A DNA stretch of 64,000 bases, taken from assembly GCA_964291405.2 (NCBI GenBank), contig OZ219926.1:4736001-4800000 (forward strand), written 5' to 3'. The translations under genes and the position numbers were made by a program. The notes under the pieces are model-generated. The model was not told the DNA's origin, ran no database searches, and saw nothing but the letters and a program-made list of their open reading frames with translations. Below, one piece after another: positions 1 to 10,097 of this stretch. The DNA comes from Thermodesulfobacteriota bacterium. Lineage in GTDB: Bacteria; Desulfobacterota; Binatia; Bin18. Numbering within the stretch: position 1 is the first letter of the stretch; each line of letters begins with the position of its first letter.

Positions 1-810
1 TTCGCGCTGCTGGGAATAGCGAATGGCTTCCTCAAAGGCGGCCTGGGCCACGCCGACCGCCCGGGCCGCCACATTGATCCGACCCACTTCCAAACCGCCC
101 ATGACTTGCTTGAACCCCAGGCCCTCTTCACCACCGATCAGGGAGGCGGCTGGCGTCGGAAAGTCCTCAAAGGCGAGTTCACATGTATCCAGACCTTTAT
201 AGCCCAGCTTCTTGATATCCCGGCTGACCGTCAGTCCCGGAGCGCCTTTCTCGGCAGCGAACAGGCTGATGCCGGCATAGGCGGGCTCGGCATCGGGGTT
301 GGTCTTGGCGGCGACGGCCAGAATATTGCCGTGCCGCGCATTGGTAATAAACATTTTTGAGCCGTTGATCAGATAGCCGTCGCCCTGCTTCTTGGCCGTG
401 GTCCGAATGCGCTGTACATCACTCCCGGCATGCGGCTCGGTCAGGGCGAGGCCACCGCGTTTCTCGCCGGTAGCCATGGCCGGGAGGAGTCGTTGTTTTT
501 GTTCCTCCGTGCCGAACAGCGCCAGAATGTGGGCGAATAGCAGGTGGGAGTTCAGGACACCGGTCAGGCTCATCCAGCCGCGACAGATTTCTTCAATAAT
601 CATGGCATAGGTCGTAAAGGACAAGCCCATACCACCGTACTCGGTCGGGATAATCGCGCCGAACAAACCCAGCTCTTTCATCCGCTCGACCAAGGCGTGG
701 GGGTATTCGTCGCGATGCTCCATTTCACTGGCGACCGGCTTGACCTCACGCTCTACGAAACGGTTGAGCGTGGACAGGATTTGTTGTTGTTCCGGGTCGA
801 GCTCGGGCAT
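1..810 (-). CDS. Acyl-CoA dehydrogenase (5' part; runs off window start)
   Basis: Not in the ORF track. Manual reverse translation from ATG 810 gives MPELDPEQQQILSTLNRFVEREVKPVA...ELGLFGAIIPTEYGG...ALTEPHAGSDV...YLINGSKMFITN, typical ACAD motifs; AAAGGA RBS upstream. Confidence 0.9.
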   Translation of the reverse strand, partial: MPELDPEQQQILSTLNRFVEREVKPVASEMEHRDEYPHALVERMKELGLFGAIIPTEYGGMGLSFTTYAMIIEEICRGWMSLTGVLNSHLLFAHILALFGTEEQKQRLLPAMATGEKRGGLALTEPHAGSDVQRIRTTAKKQGDGYLINGSKMFITNARHGNILAVAAKTNPDAEPAYAGISLFAAEKGAPGLTVSRDIKKLGYKGLDTCELAFEDFPTPAASLIGGEEGLGFKQVMGGLEVGRINVAARAVGVAQAAFEEAIRYSQQRE

Positions 811-988
811 GATGGGCATCCTTTCTGCCTGGGGCTGTAACGGACTGGTGCTCATTCTCCAGCTTTATGACCTGAGATCAAGGGAGAGCCCGTGCGCCCG
901 TCGGACTGGCTGGATCGGGAGAAAGCAGATAAGAAAAGAAAACGACCCTGCCCTTGGTCGCAGACACCCGGTCGCGAAGAAGAACAGT

Positions 989-3508
989 ATGGCTCTCACC
1001 CCCCTGATGCAGCAATATTTGTCGGTGAAGCAACAGCATCAGGACGCGATTGTGCTGTGCCGCCTGGGAGACTTCTACGAGATATTTTTTGATGATGCGC
1101 CGCTGGTCGCGAACCTGCTCGATCTCACCCTGACCGCCCGCGACGGCGGAGACGGCAAGATCCCGATGTGCGGCGTCCCCTACCATGCCGTCCAGGGCTA
1201 TATCGCCCGGCTGGTCAAGGCCGGAAAAAAAATTGCCCTGTATGACCAAGTCGAAGACCCGAAAACGGCCAAGGGTCTGGTCAAACGCGCAGTCACGCGG
1301 GTGATTACCCCTTCCACGTATGTCGAAAACGAGACCGACGCGGCAAGTCCGACCTTGCTGGGGATGTTTGCCAGTGGACGACAGTGGGGGCTGGCGCTGC
1401 TCGAACCAACGACCGGAGCGTTCCAATTCTGGAATGAGACGGAATCTTCCCTGGCTGACGCGCTCGCTCATCTCGCGCCGCGCGAGATTGTTATCGCCAA
1501 GGGTATGGCCGGACATCCCGCCCTGGCCGCGCATAGAAGCAGTCAAGCCGAGGTGAGCCTGACCACGCTGGAAGACTGGCTGGCTGCCTTCGATGACAGC
1601 GTGGAGTGCATCCAGTCCTTTTTTGGGCTGGACTCTTTGCGCGCCTTGGAATTGGACTCGGAAACCACCGTCGCCGTCGCCCTGGTGCTCCGTTTTCTCC
1701 AGCAGCATATGCAGGTCAGCCTGCCGCATATTGGCCTGCCAAAACGGCTCCACACGGGCGAAACCATGCTGCTGGGTCCGGTCGTCGAGCGTAGCCTGGA
1801 GATCTTTCGTCCGGCGAACCCCGACATCCGCGGCAAGGCGTTGATCGACGTATTGGACGCCACGGTCACGCCTATGGGCAAGCGACTGTTACAGCACTGG
1901 CTGAGGAACCCGCTCTTGTCCGTAGCTGCCATTGAAGCCCGGCATGCCGGCGTGGCAGAGTTCGCCAACGCGCCCGCCGTACTGGAAGCGGTGCGCGGCA
2001 CGCTCGCTCCCATTCGCGATCTGGAACGCCTGGCGGCCCGTTTCAGTTGTCGAGTGGCGAATCCCAAAGACTGCGCGGCTCTGCGTGACTCGTTGGCACA
2101 AATCCCCGGCGTAAGTCGAGCGCTGGAAACGGTTCAGAGTTCGTTGTTGCGGCAACAGTGTGAACAACTGCAAACCGACCTCGGTCTCTTGCCGGACACC
2201 CTGGCGCGCGCCTTGGTCGAGGTGCCACCCGTTCACCTCCGGGAGGGCGGTGTCTTTGCACCAGGCTACCATGCGGAGCTGGATCGCTTACAGGTCATTG
2301 CCTCGGATGCCAAGCAATGGCTGGCAGCGCTTCAGGCTCGGGAAAGTAAACGTACAGGCATTCCCTCGCTCAGAGTCGGGTATAATCGGGTCTTTGGGTA
2401 TTATCTGGAAGTCTCCAAGACCCACCTCAATAAGGTTCCTGACGCGTATACGCGGAAACAAACCCTTGCCAATGCGGAGCGATTCGTGACGCCTGAGCTG
2501 AAAGAGTACGAGGACCAGATTCTCAACGCCCAGGACCGCTCGGTCGCCCTGGAGCAGGAACTCTTTGCCGAATTATGCGAGCTGGTCCTCCAGTATATGA
2601 TGCAGATTCAAGCGCTTGCGCGGGCGTGTGCCCACCTCGACGTTTTGGCCGGCTTTGCCTGGGTGGCGATCGATCAGCATTACGTTCGGCCTGAAATGTC
2701 AGAGGCAGCCGAACTGTCGATCGTTGGCGGACGGCATCCGGTCGTCGAGTCGCTGCTGGGACGGAGTGCCTTTGTCGAGAACGATGTGCAGCTCAATCGC
2801 TCGGATCACCAGTTCCTGCTGTTGACCGCCCCCAATATGAGCGGCAAATCCGTGTATCTGCGCCAAGCCGCGCTGATTGTGCTGCTGGCCCAGGTCGGTT
2901 CGTTTGTCCCGGCCACGCGTGCCCGGATTGGTATTGTGGATCGAATTTTTACCCGTATCGGAGCCTCCGATAATCTGGCCCTGGGGGAAAGCACGTTTGC
3001 CGTAGAAATGATTGAAACCGCCCAGATTCTGAACACGACTACCGAACGGAGCCTGCTGCTGCTGGACGAGATCGGACGTGGGACCTCGACGGCGGATGGC
3101 CTGTCCATTGCCAGGGCGATAATCGAATTCCTGGTTGATGACGACGGGCCACGGCCCCGCACCCTGTTTGCCACGCATTTCCACGAACTCACCGACTTGC
3201 AACGGCTGCTGCCAGGCTTGGTGAATTACACTTTTGCCGTGCGTGAATGGCGGGATGAGGTTGTTTTTCTGTACAAGGTCATCGACGGGGCCTCAGACCA
3301 ATCGTATGGCATCCATGTGGCCAAGCTGGCCGGCCTACCGCGGGTGGTGACGGAACGGGCGGAAGAGATTCTCAAGGATCTCGAAGGGTCGGCGGAGTTG
3401 GTTCGACCGGCCAAAAGACGTTCGCGGGGCAGGGCAACCAAAGCCCCGACCACGGTCAAAGAAGCGTCTGCTCAACTCGGCCTCTTTGGGCGTGCAGGTG
3501 AGTCGTAG
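989..3508 (+). CDS. mutS: DNA mismatch repair protein MutS
   Basis: TPLMQQY, RLGDFYE, Walker A APNMSGKS, LDEIGRGTST, ATHFHEL, SYGIHVA; start reassigned to ATG 989. Confidence 0.97.
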   Translation: MALTPLMQQYLSVKQQHQDAIVLCRLGDFYEIFFDDAPLVANLLDLTLTARDGGDGKIPMCGVPYHAVQGYIARLVKAGKKIALYDQVEDPKTAKGLVKRAVTRVITPSTYVENETDAASPTLLGMFASGRQWGLALLEPTTGAFQFWNETESSLADALAHLAPREIVIAKGMAGHPALAAHRSSQAEVSLTTLEDWLAAFDDSVECIQSFFGLDSLRALELDSETTVAVALVLRFLQQHMQVSLPHIGLPKRLHTGETMLLGPVVERSLEIFRPANPDIRGKALIDVLDATVTPMGKRLLQHWLRNPLLSVAAIEARHAGVAEFANAPAVLEAVRGTLAPIRDLERLAARFSCRVANPKDCAALRDSLAQIPGVSRALETVQSSLLRQQCEQLQTDLGLLPDTLARALVEVPPVHLREGGVFAPGYHAELDRLQVIASDAKQWLAALQARESKRTGIPSLRVGYNRVFGYYLEVSKTHLNKVPDAYTRKQTLANAERFVTPELKEYEDQILNAQDRSVALEQELFAELCELVLQYMMQIQALARACAHLDVLAGFAWVAIDQHYVRPEMSEAAELSIVGGRHPVVESLLGRSAFVENDVQLNRSDHQFLLLTAPNMSGKSVYLRQAALIVLLAQVGSFVPATRARIGIVDRIFTRIGASDNLALGESTFAVEMIETAQILNTTTERSLLLLDEIGRGTSTADGLSIARAIIEFLVDDDGPRPRTLFATHFHELTDLQRLLPGLVNYTFAVREWRDEVVFLYKVIDGASDQSYGIHVAKLAGLPRVVTERAEEILKDLEGSAELVRPAKRRSRGRATKAPTTVKEASAQLGLFGRAGES

Positions 3509-3509
3509 T

Positions 3510-5405
3510 ATGGACCGTATTCGCCTTCTGGATTCGCATACGATTGAGCAGCTCCGTGCGGGCGAAGTGATTGAGCGTCCCGCCTCGATTGTCAAGGAGC
3601 TGGTCGAGAACGCGATTGACGCCGGCGCGCGATCAATCAACGTGTCGATTACCAAAGGTGGGATTGACGAAATCGTTGTCCAGGACGACGGGGTCGGCCT
3701 GACGCCGGAGGATGCGCCGCTCGCCTTCCAGCGTCACGCGACCAGTAAAATACAGTCCAGCAATGATCTCTTTCTCCTCACCACCTTAGGCTTTCGCGGC
3801 GAGGCGCTGGCCAGCATTGCCGCTGTGACACAGGTCGAATTGCTCTCCCGGACAGCGGAGGCCATCGAAGGGGTACGTGTCCGGGCGGGGGGCAGTGCGC
3901 CGATAGAGACGACCCCTGCCGGCTGTCCGCAGGGAACGACGGTGACCACGCGGCATTTGTTTTTTAATACCCCACCGCGGCGGGCCTTCCTCAAATCTCC
4001 GACTGCCGAAGGTCATCAGGTGCATGAGGTCTTGATCGCCCTGGCGTTATCGCGTCCGTCCGTTCACTTTCGCTTTCAGTCAGACGGGCGCGAGGTGTTT
4101 CATGCGCCTCCCCAAGATGAGTTGGCCCTGCGCGCGCGTGCGGTTGTAGGCAAGGAATGGGCTCAGGAGTTCCTGGTGCTCCCGAGTGCGGAAGCACGCC
4201 TGACCGAGGAGGGCGTTGGGGTGACCGGTCTCATCAGTCCGCCCAGTCGCACCCGCAATACCCGGACCGGACAATACTTCTTCGTGAATGAGCGGCCGGT
4301 GAAAAGCCAGCCAGTATCCTCTGCCCTGAGTCGCGGCTACGGAGAGCTCCTGCCCGCGGGCCGTTTTCCGTTGGGCATCCTCTTTCTGACTGTTCCGACT
4401 GACCAGGTTGACGTCAACGTTCACCCCACAAAGCGCGAAGTGAAATTTCAAGCGGAACGCGAGCTTCTCCAGATGGTCGTCCAAAGCGTCAGAAAGACGC
4501 TTGATCGGGCCAATCTGTTCAAAACAATCGAGCTTCCGGCCTCTGCTCTGCCAGGCGACAATCAACAAGCTGACAGCCGAACCGAGGATTGGTCCCGCAC
4601 CGAGAATCAGGCGCGGACCGAGAGTCGGGCCCTGGACAGCTCGGTCCCGATACCCGACCCGGCCGATTACCCAAGACCCCAAAGACGCCGCAAGGCCACC
4701 GGTGCGTATGGAGCCCGGTCTGAGCCCGGCCTACGCCTGCTGGACAAGCCGCTGGTCCGCGAATCGGAGGCCGCCCCGCCGAGCCCAGTCCCCTCACAAG
4801 CGACCTTGTGGCAACGGCCTGACGGGACCGCATTCCGGGTCGTTGGCCAGAGCCATGAGTTATTTGTCCTGGTTGAAGTGGAAGGCGAACTCTGGATTGT
4901 GGATCAGCACGCGGCGCATGAGCGTATCATGTACGAGCAGGTGCTCGACAGCCTGCAACACAAACACGACGCGACGCAGCCGTTGCTGATACCCGTAACT
5001 TTTGAGTTATCGCCCGCTGCGTGCAGTGCCCTGGAAGAACTGCACGATTATCTCGTCCAGATCGGCTTTGACATTCAGCCCTTTGGGGGGAACACGTTTC
5101 AGGTGCAGGCGACGCCGGCGTATTTTCGGCCGGCCGACACGCCGGCGCTGTTAAGTGAACTGGCCGAAGCCCGGGCCGAAGGGCAGTCGGATAACTCCAT
5201 TGAGGCCAAACAGGAGGATCTGGCGGCGCGTATCGCCTGTAAGGTAAAATCGATTAAAGCCGGTCAAACGCTGACCGAAGAGGCCATGCACGCCCTGGTG
5301 AAAACCCTGCTGGATTGTACCTCGCCGTTTACCTGTCCGCACGGCCGGCCAACCATGGTCCGCTATGCGGTACGTCAGCTCGAACGCCAGTTTGACCGGC
5401 GCTGA
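3510..5405 (+). CDS. mutL: DNA mismatch repair endonuclease MutL
   Basis: AGEVIERPASIVKELVENAIDAG, GFRGEALAS, DVNVHPTK; C-terminal endonuclease motifs DQHAAHER and CPHGRP. Confidence 0.97.
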   Translation: MDRIRLLDSHTIEQLRAGEVIERPASIVKELVENAIDAGARSINVSITKGGIDEIVVQDDGVGLTPEDAPLAFQRHATSKIQSSNDLFLLTTLGFRGEALASIAAVTQVELLSRTAEAIEGVRVRAGGSAPIETTPAGCPQGTTVTTRHLFFNTPPRRAFLKSPTAEGHQVHEVLIALALSRPSVHFRFQSDGREVFHAPPQDELALRARAVVGKEWAQEFLVLPSAEARLTEEGVGVTGLISPPSRTRNTRTGQYFFVNERPVKSQPVSSALSRGYGELLPAGRFPLGILFLTVPTDQVDVNVHPTKREVKFQAERELLQMVVQSVRKTLDRANLFKTIELPASALPGDNQQADSRTEDWSRTENQARTESRALDSSVPIPDPADYPRPQRRRKATGAYGARSEPGLRLLDKPLVRESEAAPPSPVPSQATLWQRPDGTAFRVVGQSHELFVLVEVEGELWIVDQHAAHERIMYEQVLDSLQHKHDATQPLLIPVTFELSPAACSALEELHDYLVQIGFDIQPFGGNTFQVQATPAYFRPADTPALLSELAEARAEGQSDNSIEAKQEDLAARIACKVKSIKAGQTLTEEAMHALVKTLLDCTSPFTCPHGRPTMVRYAVRQLERQFDRR

Positions 5406-5514
5406 AGGCCGGCTGCCGAGACCCGTCCCTTTCTCTCCTGGTTGTCTTCAGCGCTCGATCCGATTATGGTTGCAATATGGTTCCGTTTTGAATCTTTCCG
5501 GGAGAGTGGAAAAG

Positions 5515-5757
5515 ATGCCCACGCTGACTATTAAAAACATCCCTGAGGCGTTGTACTCAAGACTGAAGCGGCGTGCGACCGACGAGCGTCGGAGTATGAA
5601 TAATCAGGCTATTGATTGTTTAGAGCGAGCGTTACAGCTCCCATCTATCGACGTTGAGCGAGTGCTCGCACGGGCTCGAACTGTTCGAAGAAAAACAACG
5701 GGGCTTCCCTTGACGGACAAGCTGCTGGCTCGGGCGAAAAGTGACGGCCGTCCGTGA
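5515..5757 (+). CDS. FitA/Arc-like ribbon-helix-helix antitoxin
   Basis: MPTLTIKNIPEALYSRLKRRA...RRSMN; stop overlaps the PIN gene start (GTGA). Confidence 0.85.
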   Translation: MPTLTIKNIPEALYSRLKRRATDERRSMNNQAIDCLERALQLPSIDVERVLARARTVRRKTTGLPLTDKLLARAKSDGRP

Positions 5758-6161
5758 TTGTAGTCGCCACCAATCTGATTGCTTATCTCCATATGGAGGG
5801 AGAACGAACGACCCAGGCCCAACGGGTACTGCGGAAAGATGCCGAATGGGCTGCCCCGCTTCTCTGGCGTTCAGAATTTCGTAATGTGTTGGCATTCTAC
5901 CTGCGCCAACAGGTCTTCTCACTTGATGACGCTCAGGCCATTATGCAGCAAGCAGAATCTCTCTTGCAGGGAAGAGAATATGAAGTGGCATCGCAGCGCG
6001 TACTCGATGCCGTCATGTCTTCTCGCTGCTCGGCTTATGACTGTGAATTTGTCGTATTGGCACAAGACTTACAGTGCCCCTTGGTGACGGCGGACCGGCG
6101 AGTCTTGACGAATTTCCCGGCAGCGGCTATTTCGCCGGATGTCTTTATTGCGGAGTCTTAA
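5754..6161 (+). CDS. vapC: VapC/PIN toxin; first catalytic Asp replaced by Ala
   Basis: MIVVATN (PIN consensus xxDTN), SEFRN, SAYDCEFV, LVTAD; codon 5 is GCC. Confidence 0.85.
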   Translation: MIVVATNLIAYLHMEGERTTQAQRVLRKDAEWAAPLLWRSEFRNVLAFYLRQQVFSLDDAQAIMQQAESLLQGREYEVASQRVLDAVMSSRCSAYDCEFVVLAQDLQCPLVTADRRVLTNFPAAAISPDVFIAES

Positions 6162-6164
6162 CTC

Positions 6165-7190
6165 GTGCAACTCGGCGAATTAGCCCTCTCAACGAATCTG
6201 TTCCTGGCTCCGCTTGCGGGTTACACGACCCTCCCGTTTCGGTGGTGCATGCGCGAAGTGGGCGGATTTGGTCTGGCGACCACCGAACTGGTCCATGCCC
6301 GGTCGTTGCTCGAAAAAAATCGTCGAGCCTTTGAGCTGATCGACACGCGCCCGGAAGACAGCCCGCTGAGCGTCCAGCTCTTTGGCCCGGTGGCCGAAGA
6401 AGTCCGCGATGCGGCGGTCTGGCTTGAGGAGCAGGGGGCGGATGCCATTGATATCAACATGGGCTGCCCGGTTGAAAAAGTCGTCAAAATCGGAGCCGGT
6501 GCGGCCATGTTGAAAGACCCGAAAAAAACTGGCGCGTTCGTCCGAACGGTGACCCGAGCGGTCAACATTCCGGTCACCGTGAAGACGCGCCTGGGCTGGG
6601 ATCAGACGCAACTCGATGCACCGGTGCTGGCCCCCATTCTTGAAGAGGTAGGCGTTGCCGCCCTGACCATTCACGGCCGTACGCGAGCCGAAGCCTTCCG
6701 TGGCTCGGTCGACCTGGGTGGTATTCGCACGGTCGTGGAATCCGTACGGGCCATGCCCGTTTTCGGAAACGGCGATGTGTGCGACACGGAAACCGCGAAA
6801 CGCATGCTCGAAGAAACGGGCTGCGCGGGCCTCGTGATCGGCCGCGGCGCGCTGACCAACCCCTGGGTCTTCCAGCATATTCAGGCCGGCCTGCTGGGGC
6901 AGCCTGCCCCGCCCGAGCCATCCTTAGGGACGCGCGTTGCCTTTATGACCCGTCATTTTGAGCGAGCGGTACGGCAGCGTGGAGAGAAGCTGGCCTGCAC
7001 CCAATTCAGGAAGACCATAGACTGGTATGCAAAGTCTTTTGGGCCCTGTCGGCCCCTGCGTTTAGCCATGAAGGAACTCAGCAGCCGGCAGCACTATTAC
7101 GATCTGGTCGGCCAGTTTTTGGCATATCGCAGCCAGCATCCGCTCTCCCGGCGTGGGAACTATCCGGCTGGTGAAGCCGTGCCCGCCTGA
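6165..7190 (+). CDS. dusB: tRNA-dihydrouridine synthase
   Basis: LAPLAG, QLFG, IDINMGCP, HGRT, GNGD, IGRG motifs. Confidence 0.92.
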   Translation: MQLGELALSTNLFLAPLAGYTTLPFRWCMREVGGFGLATTELVHARSLLEKNRRAFELIDTRPEDSPLSVQLFGPVAEEVRDAAVWLEEQGADAIDINMGCPVEKVVKIGAGAAMLKDPKKTGAFVRTVTRAVNIPVTVKTRLGWDQTQLDAPVLAPILEEVGVAALTIHGRTRAEAFRGSVDLGGIRTVVESVRAMPVFGNGDVCDTETAKRMLEETGCAGLVIGRGALTNPWVFQHIQAGLLGQPAPPEPSLGTRVAFMTRHFERAVRQRGEKLACTQFRKTIDWYAKSFGPCRPLRLAMKELSSRQHYYDLVGQFLAYRSQHPLSRRGNYPAGEAVPA

Positions 7191-7377
7191 TTCTACCCCA
7201 CCACCACCGTTTCCTTCCTGATTCTCTCTCATTCCCATCCGTTTCCTCGTAAGCCCTGAATATCCAAGGTTTTCCCCTTGCCGTCGGATCGTCGGCTGAG
7301 CGGTCCTATACGAGAAGTGGTCTTTATCGCTAAGCGAGAAGTTGAAGGAGTGGGAGGGTCGTGATAAAATTTTATAA

Positions 7378-7532
7378 CTAGCGCAGTTTCCTCCGTGGTG
7401 TAGCGAGGTGCTCTCCAGAGTTCCGTAGGGTGCATCCCATGCACCACCTTTACTGGTGCGCAGGGCGCACCCTACGTATCGGGAAACACGCGGAGGCCGT
7501 TGGACGCGACACTCATGTGAATTTTGCTCTAG
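7378..7532. repeat. 155-bp CTAG-bounded MITE-like element containing a GTAG-type REP doublet (copy 1)
   Basis: Near-identical reverse complement of 24621-24775; CTAG at both ends; internal gtagggtgcatcccatgcacc ... ggtgcgcagggcgcaccctac. Confidence 0.85.
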
Positions 7533-7798
7533 CCCCCAGTCAGTTCCTACCTTGGCACTGACTGTTCCGCCAACCCTGGGACGACACGTCCCTCAACTTC
7601 CGCCCCGAGCGGCCCGGACCCAACATTATGTTACAGTCTCAAAGTTCAGATCCGCAGAACCAACTGCTGGCCTATCATGAAATTCAAAACAAGGCTCAGA
7701 CTATCTGGGAGAACATCAGCAGACTTGAGAGTGAAATCGGCTCCCTCCGGCCTCGTGGCCGCAGGCGACGGAGGAGCAGCCAGCCGCCGCAGAGTCGT

Positions 7799-9292
7799 AT
7801 GGCGGCGGCGCGCAGCGTCCTTCCCCACGACCTCGCCGCCGAACGGGCCGTCCTGGGCGGGATATTGCTCGATCATACCGCGCTTGAGCGGGTGAACCTG
7901 GCGCCGGAGGACTTTTTCTATGGCGAGCACAAGCAGATTTTCCGGGCCATGCAGCACATAGCCGCGTTGGGCACCGCCATTGACCGCCTCACCCTGTACG
8001 ACGCACTCAAAAAAGAGCCGGGGCACCCGCCGGCTAAGTACCTGGATATGCTGGCGGATGCGACTCCCAGCGCAGCCAACATTGAGGACCCGGCCAAGAT
8101 CGTCAGGGAGCATGCCGACCGACGGCGTCTGATCAACCTGCTGGAGGACGGCCTGCGACGGGCGCATACCGGGGAGGCGCTCGCTCCGTTGCGTGAGCGT
8201 TTGCTCCAAGGTGTGGACAATCTGGCCTCCCAGCGCCCGGACGGATTCAAGAGCACGCCCTGGGCGGAACTCAAGCACACCTCCCAGGAGCCAGTGGAGT
8301 GGGTGGTAGACGGGCTGCTCCGGCGGGGCGGGCTCTCCTTTCTCTTTGCCGCGCCCAAAGTGGGGAAATCCTCGACCGCCCGGACGCTGACGCGGGCAGT
8401 CGCGCTCGGGTTGCCGTGGCTCGGTCGAGACGTGCAGCAGGGTGGAGTCGTCTATTTGGCGCTGGAAGAAATGCCGGTGGACGTGCAGGAGCATTTCACT
8501 CAGATGGACCTGCCAGCAACGGCCCCGGTGGCAATCGTGTTCGAGCGGGAACCCGAGGCGACGTTCAAGAAGCTGGAGCAGCTTATCGACACGTTCCAAC
8601 CCAGCCTGGTTATTGTGGACACGTTGATTCAACTCGTCCCAATCGGGGACATCAACGACTACGCGCGCACCGTACGGGCGCTGCAACCGCTCCTCGCCCT
8701 GACCCGCCGGAGCAACGCACATGTCCTCTGTCTGCACCATGCCCGCAAGAGCGGCGGTTCACACGGGGCGGAGGGACTGGGGAGTCAGGCGCTGAGTGGG
8801 ACCGTTGACGTGATTCTCTCTCTCAAGCGCGGGGAGCACGATCGGAGCATTTCCTCCACCCAGCGCCGGGGCCGCCCCCTGGAAGAGTCCGTGCTGCGCC
8901 TGAACGAGGACACCGGCCTGGTCGAGTTGGCGGGCACGAAAAAGGCCCTGGACACCGCGCTCAAGGGGGAAGAGATCATGGCCTTTCTGGAGGAGCAGGA
9001 AGAGCCGGTGAGAATGGCGGCCGTTCAGGCGGAATTGAAGGGCCAAAGGAAACCGCTGAACGACACGCTCCGGGCGCTGGTCGAGCAGGGCAAAATCGGA
9101 TGCGTCGGGAGCGGCAAAAGGGGCGATCCGTACCGCTATTTTGCTGTTCCCGAGGGTCCTGAAAACACAGCGGTTTCGGCCGCAGGCCGGGAACAGCAAC
9201 TGTCCAGCGATTCCAAAGGGTTAGACCCTGAAAAAAAAGCTGTTCCGCTGTTCCCGACCTATAGTGGGGAACAGAAAGAACAGAAAATCTGA
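7799..9292 (+). CDS. Mobile-element replication ATPase: DnaB N-terminal domain + RecA/AAA_25-like ATPase + probable C-terminal wHTH
   Basis: PHDLAAERAVLGGILLD..PEDFF...HKQIF (DnaB-N); WVVDGLL, AAPKVGKS, LVIVDTL, HHARK. The ORF is open from 7628, so the start is uncertain. Confidence 0.8.
   Translation: MAAARSVLPHDLAAERAVLGGILLDHTALERVNLAPEDFFYGEHKQIFRAMQHIAALGTAIDRLTLYDALKKEPGHPPAKYLDMLADATPSAANIEDPAKIVREHADRRRLINLLEDGLRRAHTGEALAPLRERLLQGVDNLASQRPDGFKSTPWAELKHTSQEPVEWVVDGLLRRGGLSFLFAAPKVGKSSTARTLTRAVALGLPWLGRDVQQGGVVYLALEEMPVDVQEHFTQMDLPATAPVAIVFEREPEATFKKLEQLIDTFQPSLVIVDTLIQLVPIGDINDYARTVRALQPLLALTRRSNAHVLCLHHARKSGGSHGAEGLGSQALSGTVDVILSLKRGEHDRSISSTQRRGRPLEESVLRLNEDTGLVELAGTKKALDTALKGEEIMAFLEEQEEPVRMAAVQAELKGQRKPLNDTLRALVEQGKIGCVGSGKRGDPYRYFAVPEGPENTAVSAAGREQQLSSDSKGLDPEKKAVPLFPTYSGEQKEQKI
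9144..9283. repeat. GGAACAG/CTGTTCC short repeats in both orientations at the 3' end of the rep-like gene (iteron-like)
   Basis: Copies at ~9144, 9190, 9240, 9248, 9268 and a partial at 9278, partly arranged as an inverted repeat around ctatag. Confidence 0.45.
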
Positions 9293-9411
9293 CCATCTCA
9301 GAATGGGGAGAACACGAGCGGTTGATGGTCCCGCTCGATACGCCGACAAGGGACGAGGCGGCACTATGCTGGCGCACGGGGGTGAGATGTGATGAATGAG
9401 AGAAGCTCGCC

Positions 9412-9537
9412 ATGCAAAAGACCCGTCTCAGCGAAAGCGACGTTTGCGCCAAGTATATCACGCCAGCCCTGCACCAGGCCGGCTGGGACGAGACCACGCA
9501 GATAAAGGCGATATTGGCCGAGGCGCTGTTGCGATAA
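9412..9537 (+). pseudogene. Remnant of a second type I R-M locus (HsdR N-terminus, possibly fused to an HsdM C-terminus)
   Basis: Manual translation MQKTRLSESDVCAKYITPALHQAGWDETTQIKAILAEALLR*; the first ~30 aa resemble EcoAI/EcoEI-type HsdR starts. Confidence 0.65.
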
Positions 9538-9789
9538 AGGTCGCAAAAATTTATTCGCGGATGTTGGAACCTCCGGCTCATCCAACAGACGGAACGAGTT
9601 TGACGCATACGGCCATTTCTCCTAAATCTGACTAATCTAGTCATAAGGAGAAACGCTCTCACGAACTCCTGTCCCAATCTCCGCTGAGCTGTATCACGTT
9701 CGGTGGAGACGGAATTCGGAGCCCGGTCCGTGAGTGTGCGTCGTGAATAGTGCTTGCCTCCTTCGTCTTTATATCCCACAATAGTCTCC

Positions 9790-10005
9790 ATGAACACGGT
9801 CACTGTTCGTCTGGATGCAGAGCTTGCCCTTGAGTTGACAAAACTCGCAAAACGCACGGGACGCCCCAAAAGCGAGTTGATTCGCCGTGCGTTACGCCGC
9901 CAACTGGCATTGGCTCGTTTTGAAGAACTGCGTCAAGGTGTCGCGCCGTTCGCACAGGCCAAAGGTTGGCTTACGGATGAAGACGTTTTCCAGAACGTCT
10001 CATGA
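9790..10005 (+). CDS. CopG/RHH antitoxin
   Basis: MNTVTVRLD..L..L.KLAKRTGRPKSELIRRAL...GWLTDEDVF; overlaps the PIN start. Confidence 0.85.
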   Translation: MNTVTVRLDAELALELTKLAKRTGRPKSELIRRALRRQLALARFEELRQGVAPFAQAKGWLTDEDVFQNVS

Positions 10006-10097
10006 GGGTGTTCCTGGACACCAACGTGCTGGTTGCCGCATACGCGACACACGGGCTTTGTGAGGATGTCTTTCGAGCCATATTAGCAGAACATACG
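10002..10097 (+). pseudogene. PIN toxin truncated after ~32 codons
   Basis: MRVFLDTNVLVAAYATHGLCEDVFRAILAEHT, then the frame runs into the antisense of higA. Confidence 0.8.

Noticed and set aside
106-840. Plus-strand ORFs in the first 840 bp and the 83-aa N-terminal extension of MutS
   Set aside because: They are antisense shadows of the acyl-CoA dehydrogenase; MutS homology starts at 989.
3510-5405. MutL endonuclease motifs as a novelty
   Set aside because: Standard for MutH-less bacteria.
7190-7400. dus-associated integrative element attachment site
   Set aside because: No integrase in the window and no duplicated dusB segment found by eye.
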